Source of the DNA: Patellaria atrata CBS 101060
Lineage: Eukaryota
Length of the DNA: 64,000 nucleotides
Direction of reading: 5' to 3'
Assembly: GCA_010093705.1 (NCBI GenBank)
Contig: MU006098.1
Span: forward strand, 293,981 to 357,980
The notes beneath the pieces were generated by a model, which had not been told where the DNA came from, made no database searches, and saw nothing but the letters and a program-made list of their open reading frames with translations. Below, piece after piece: positions 59,952 to 64,000 of the stretch. Numbering within the stretch: position 1 is the first letter of the stretch; every line of letters begins with the position of its first letter. Position numbers and translations under genes: made by a program.

Positions 59952-60262
59952 TGTGAGATTGTGGATAACTGAATGTAGTCGCTATCTAGTGTTTATATAA
60001 TGACAGACCACCTTATTGATTAACCCTTTGACGTCACAAAGCCTAGCTACGTAATCTCCAAATCAAGGCGAACATAACGATACTACCTACGTCAGATATA
60101 AAATAAGAGATGACATCAAAAGAGTGAGCTAATGTTATAGTTTTGGTGATACTTAACCGATAAGTCGGAGCCGAGCATTTAGCTCTGAAGATCTCCAACA
60201 CGAACTCCTGGAGATCCTGACGATCTTCCAACATAAGGCTATCGGGGATCGGCCATCTGACA
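59952..60262 (-). mobile_element. Solo Copia LTR (311 bp)
   Basis: Minus strand TGTCAGATGG...ATCCACAATCTCACA, with the same termini as the other Copia LTRs. Flanked by AGAGG/AGAGG. Confidence 0.92.
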
Positions 60263-60620
60263 AGAGGCGTTATCAAGAACGTGTGGCCCGTCATCAGGGT
60301 TGGGCAGCTTAGCAGTTAGGGCCAGTAGCAGCGACTACGCCTTCGAATATTCAGCGTACAGCTTGAGGACTACTAGGCGCCGGGTGGTGCGCGAGAAGAG
60401 CTTAAAGGAGGTAAAGGAAGTATATTACGAACGCAAAGCGGAGCGTTCCGAGTCTCGTAGACAGTTCTTAATCCGTGAAGCATACCGGAAGAGCAAGGCT
60501 GCCGTGAAGCTGCACGCGAAGCTGCGCGAGGAGCATCTCTCCCCGCAACCTTCCAAGGTGGCGCGTAAGATCTACGCCTTTTGAGAGCGGGTGCTAAGTT
60601 TAAGATACTACTATAGCTTC

Positions 60621-63600
60621 TGACATAGCAAGATAGCAAGGACCGAAACGGACTTTACAGTAGAACAGTATACTGGACTCAATTCTAGATAACAAATGGT
60701 CCATTTTGTGAGCGGCCTCTAGTAATTGTGTTCCAACTATCTAGTCCAGATGCTATCTACAATCAAGATAAAGAAGAAGAGAAGAGTCTGAAGGCAGGTT
60801 TGAGGAAAATATTACTGGCTGATCTTCGGATGCAGGGCGCGCTCATACCACTAGGCTCTAGCCTGTTACATTACCCCCCTCCTCTCTCTCTCTAAGATTT
60901 GTCTATATTCCTGGCCTTTTGACGTTGTTGAATTTTGACCCATAGCTTCCAGGCATCTGTCTTGCGGACATTTTCAACTGGTTCCCAAGTTGGCTCTACG
61001 TAGTCAACCCATTTCACCTTAGCTTCCTTGATATTTTTCCTTCCAGCTCTTGTAAGTCTTTCATCTATAATTCGTTCTACCAGCCATACCTGTTCCCCAT
61101 CTATCAATAGTGGGCCCGGCTGAGAATCACTAACTTGTTGTGATGGTAGGGGATCACTTGGTACTGGATGTAGTAGGTCTACATGGAATACTGGGTGGAT
61201 CTTTCCAGGGACGTTGAGTTGGTATGAGTGAGAATTCACCTGCTTAACAACTTGATACTTCGAGTGCAACCAATCCAGCTTCTTTGACGGTCTTGGGGTT
61301 TTGACATTCTTCAAGTTCAAAAACACCCAATCGCCTTCTTTATATCTCGGGGAAGCTATTCTAGTTTTATTAGCATAGTGTTGTTGCTTTTCTTGTGCCA
61401 TCGCTATGGCAGCTTGAGCCTATTCTGTTGCATCTTGAAGTCTTTTAATAAAGTCTTCTGCTAGCACCTCACCATCTTTCCTTGTTCGATCCCGGATAGT
61501 GCGTTCTTCTACAAGTTGGATTGGCTCATTATGATATCCATGCATGAAGAAGAAGGGGCTCAGTCCAGTCGATGAAGACTCTCGATTATTGATTCCTCCC
61601 ATGACAATCGGTAGTAGTTCCGACCAATTCTCCTGCATGTAAGTTGCCCAAATGCGAATCATCTTCTCAATCTCTTGGTTCATTCGTTCTGTTGCGCCAT
61701 CCGTCTGAGGATGATATGCAGTTGATAAGCGCTGCTTAATCTTCAAAAGCGTGCAGAAATGTCTCCATAGGTCACTAACGAACTGTGGGCCTCTATCGCT
61801 TGTGATTGCGTTGGGGATACCATGAACAGGGTAGTGGCGTTCAAAGAGTCTTTGTGCAACCTTTTTAGAGGAGATATCGTGCATACTTTCTAACTCAACT
61901 CCTTTCGTTAGTCGATCAGTGACTACCATGCAGTTTATAGTATTGTCCCGTCCAGACGGTGGTAAGTCGGTGATAAAATCAATTGAGATCTCTCCCCAAA
62001 TGCGTTCTAGTATCGGTAGTGGCTTGAGGAGCCCTTTCTTCGACTCTCTCCAAATGGTGTTTCTTCCACATACTTCACAATTCCGGACGAACTGTCGAAC
62101 ATTGCTTGCAGCACCTGGCCAGAAGAATTGCCTTGATAGAATGGTGTAAGTAAGGTCTCTTCCAGGGTGTCCAGTAATGTGAGAGTCGTGAATGTTTTAG
62201 ATTATACGAGTACGTAATGGTTCACTACCAGGAATCTAGATTCTTCCACGAAATTGTAGCAAGCCTCTATCCTCTAAAGTACACTCGGTAATACTTACAG
62301 ACTTCTCCTTTTGAAGCGTTGTTGGTAGGTCTCGTCCTTCATTTGCCACTAGAACTGTCAACTCCTGGTAGAGCTGGTCTTCCTATCGGCTTTAATGCTA
62401 GAGCTGTTATATCTCTTCGTTCTTAAAGAGTGGTACTTCTTTAGAGAAGTTAACTTTAGCTGATAGAGCATTTATATTTAGGACTCTAGTGCTCTTAAGA
62501 TGTTTATTCTAGAAGAGTTGTATAAAACGTGATCGTAGCCTTTCGTCGTTATAGTCATTTGGAAGGTCCTATTCACGACGTGATAGCGTATCAGGTTTAC
62601 CCATACTTGTTCCTGGTTTCCATTCTAGAGTGAAATTAAATCTTGCAAGAAACTCTGACCATCGTACTTGTCTCTCGGATAGCTGCTTCTCTGTGTAGAA
62701 GTACCTTAAATTCTTATAATCAGTCAAAATGGTGAAGTGCTTAACCATATATAGCTCCGGTTCCCAGGCTTCTAAGCATCTTATAATAGCAAGTAATTCC
62801 TTATCATGAATTGGGTAATTGGCTTCAGTAGAATAATGCTTTTTTGAATGATACGCAACGGGTTTCTAGATACCTGCCTTATCTTTCTGCAAAAGTAAAC
62901 CACCAGTAGTATAACCAGACGAGTCGGCTTCTATTAGTGTCTTCATATCTGGGTCAAAGTGAGCTAAGATAGGTGCGGTGATAAGTAACTCCTTTATCTT
63001 TTTAAATGCTTCATTATAAGGCTTATCCCATCGAAAGGGGACGTCCCTCTTTGTAAGATCTGTAAGAGGCCTTGCAATATCCGAGAACTTAGGTATAAAA
63101 GTCCGATAGAAGTTTATAAACCCTATAAACCCTCGAACTGTCTTGACGGATGACGGTGTGGCCCACTCCCGTATTGCAACAATCTTTTTAGGGTCAACGC
63201 GGATCCCAGTTTCAGCTTCAATAATAAACCCAAGATATTTGACCCTTTTAGTCTCAAATTCGCACTTTTCAATATCGATCTGTAGTCCGGCGTCCATTAG
63301 CCGTTGAAGAATCTTTCCAACTTTATTTCGGTGGTCTTTAAGGGTTCCTGATAAGTAGATAAGAATATCATCTACATATGCTGAGACAAAATCGTCTAGA
63401 TAATCTTGAAGAATGCTATTTAGGTATCTTTGAAATGCCGCAGGTGCTCCAGTTAATCCAAAGGGAACAACTTTCCACTCGAAAAGTCCATATCTTGTCC
63501 GGAAAGCGGTTTTCCATTCTTCCCCTTCGGCTATTCGTATCTTATGAAAAGCGGCAATAACGTCGAGTTTAGTAAACCATCGAGCCTTTACAACGTTCCT

Positions 63601-64000
63601 TAGGGTTTCGCTGAATAATGGTAAGGGATAGCGATCTTTCTTTGTAATGTTATTCAGTCCACGATAATCAACACAGAATCGGATACCTCTATTAGGCTTC
63701 TTTACCATTAGCACTAGTGCCGCAGCGGGTGAGTTGCTAGCTCTAATAAAGTCCTTCCCTAACAATTCAGTAAGAGTCTTCCTTAAAACAAGTAATTCTT
63801 CTCGACCCATGCTATAAAGTGGGCCCCACGGGACCGCCTTCTCATTACCATCCTGATCCTTTTCAATCTCAATATGCAAATCAACACCTTTCCGACAAGG
63901 AGGTAGCTTCTCTGCTAGGAAATGGTCGAATACCTTCAGCCAAGGAAAATATTGAGGTGGTAATTTTGTCTTAGGGTCTAACCTCTGACGTGGTTTTAAG
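60621..64000 (-). mobile_element. Ty3/Gypsy chromovirus: pol (RT, RNase H, integrase, chromodomain), PPT and 3' LTR; RIP-inactivated
   Basis: RFCVDYRGLN, YVDDILIY, EADSSG, NYPIHDKELLAII, HDSHITGHPG, IDFITDLP, SDRGPQF, HPQTDGATER, WLVERII..KVKW..TWEP. Polypurine tract at 60871-60891 before TGTAACA. LTR about 60870-60621 (distal end less certain). Confidence 0.95.

Noticed and set aside
59790..60620. Protein-like ORF pieces flanking the solo LTR
   Set aside because: Could not be assigned; probably part of another decayed element.

Overview
Intron-containing fungal (filamentous ascomycete) genomic DNA in four zones. (1) 1-11.4 kb looks like the edge of a secondary-metabolite-type cluster: an MFS efflux pump, a decayed P450 pseudogene invisible in the ORF track, a divergent pair of CYP7/CYP8-like P450s lacking the I-helix Thr, and a PTH11/rhodopsin-like membrane protein. 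No core synthase is in the window. (2) 13.8-20.6 kb is an accessory island: an intact OTT_1508-like Zn deaminase next to a HET-domain gene destroyed by transition-type stops and split by an intact Fot1/Pogo DNA transposon (23-bp TIRs, TA duplication). (3) 22-47 kb is conserved core: MOT1, an acyl-CoA synthetase, RPL16, an ASG1-like Zn2Cys6 factor, a putative microtubule-binding protein and a UBL-BAG co-chaperone. (4) 51-64 kb is a nested, RIP-mutated retroelement pile: two Copia 5' halves in a ~3.6-kb tail-to-tail arrangement, at least five solo LTRs with 5-bp TSDs, LINE fragments and a chromoviral Gypsy element. The best candidates for something undescribed are the deaminase-HET pairing, the Thr-less P450 pair and a possible non-AUG membrane-anchored BAG isoform. 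All three are inferences. Exon models were read by eye from GT-AG sites, branch points and frame continuity.
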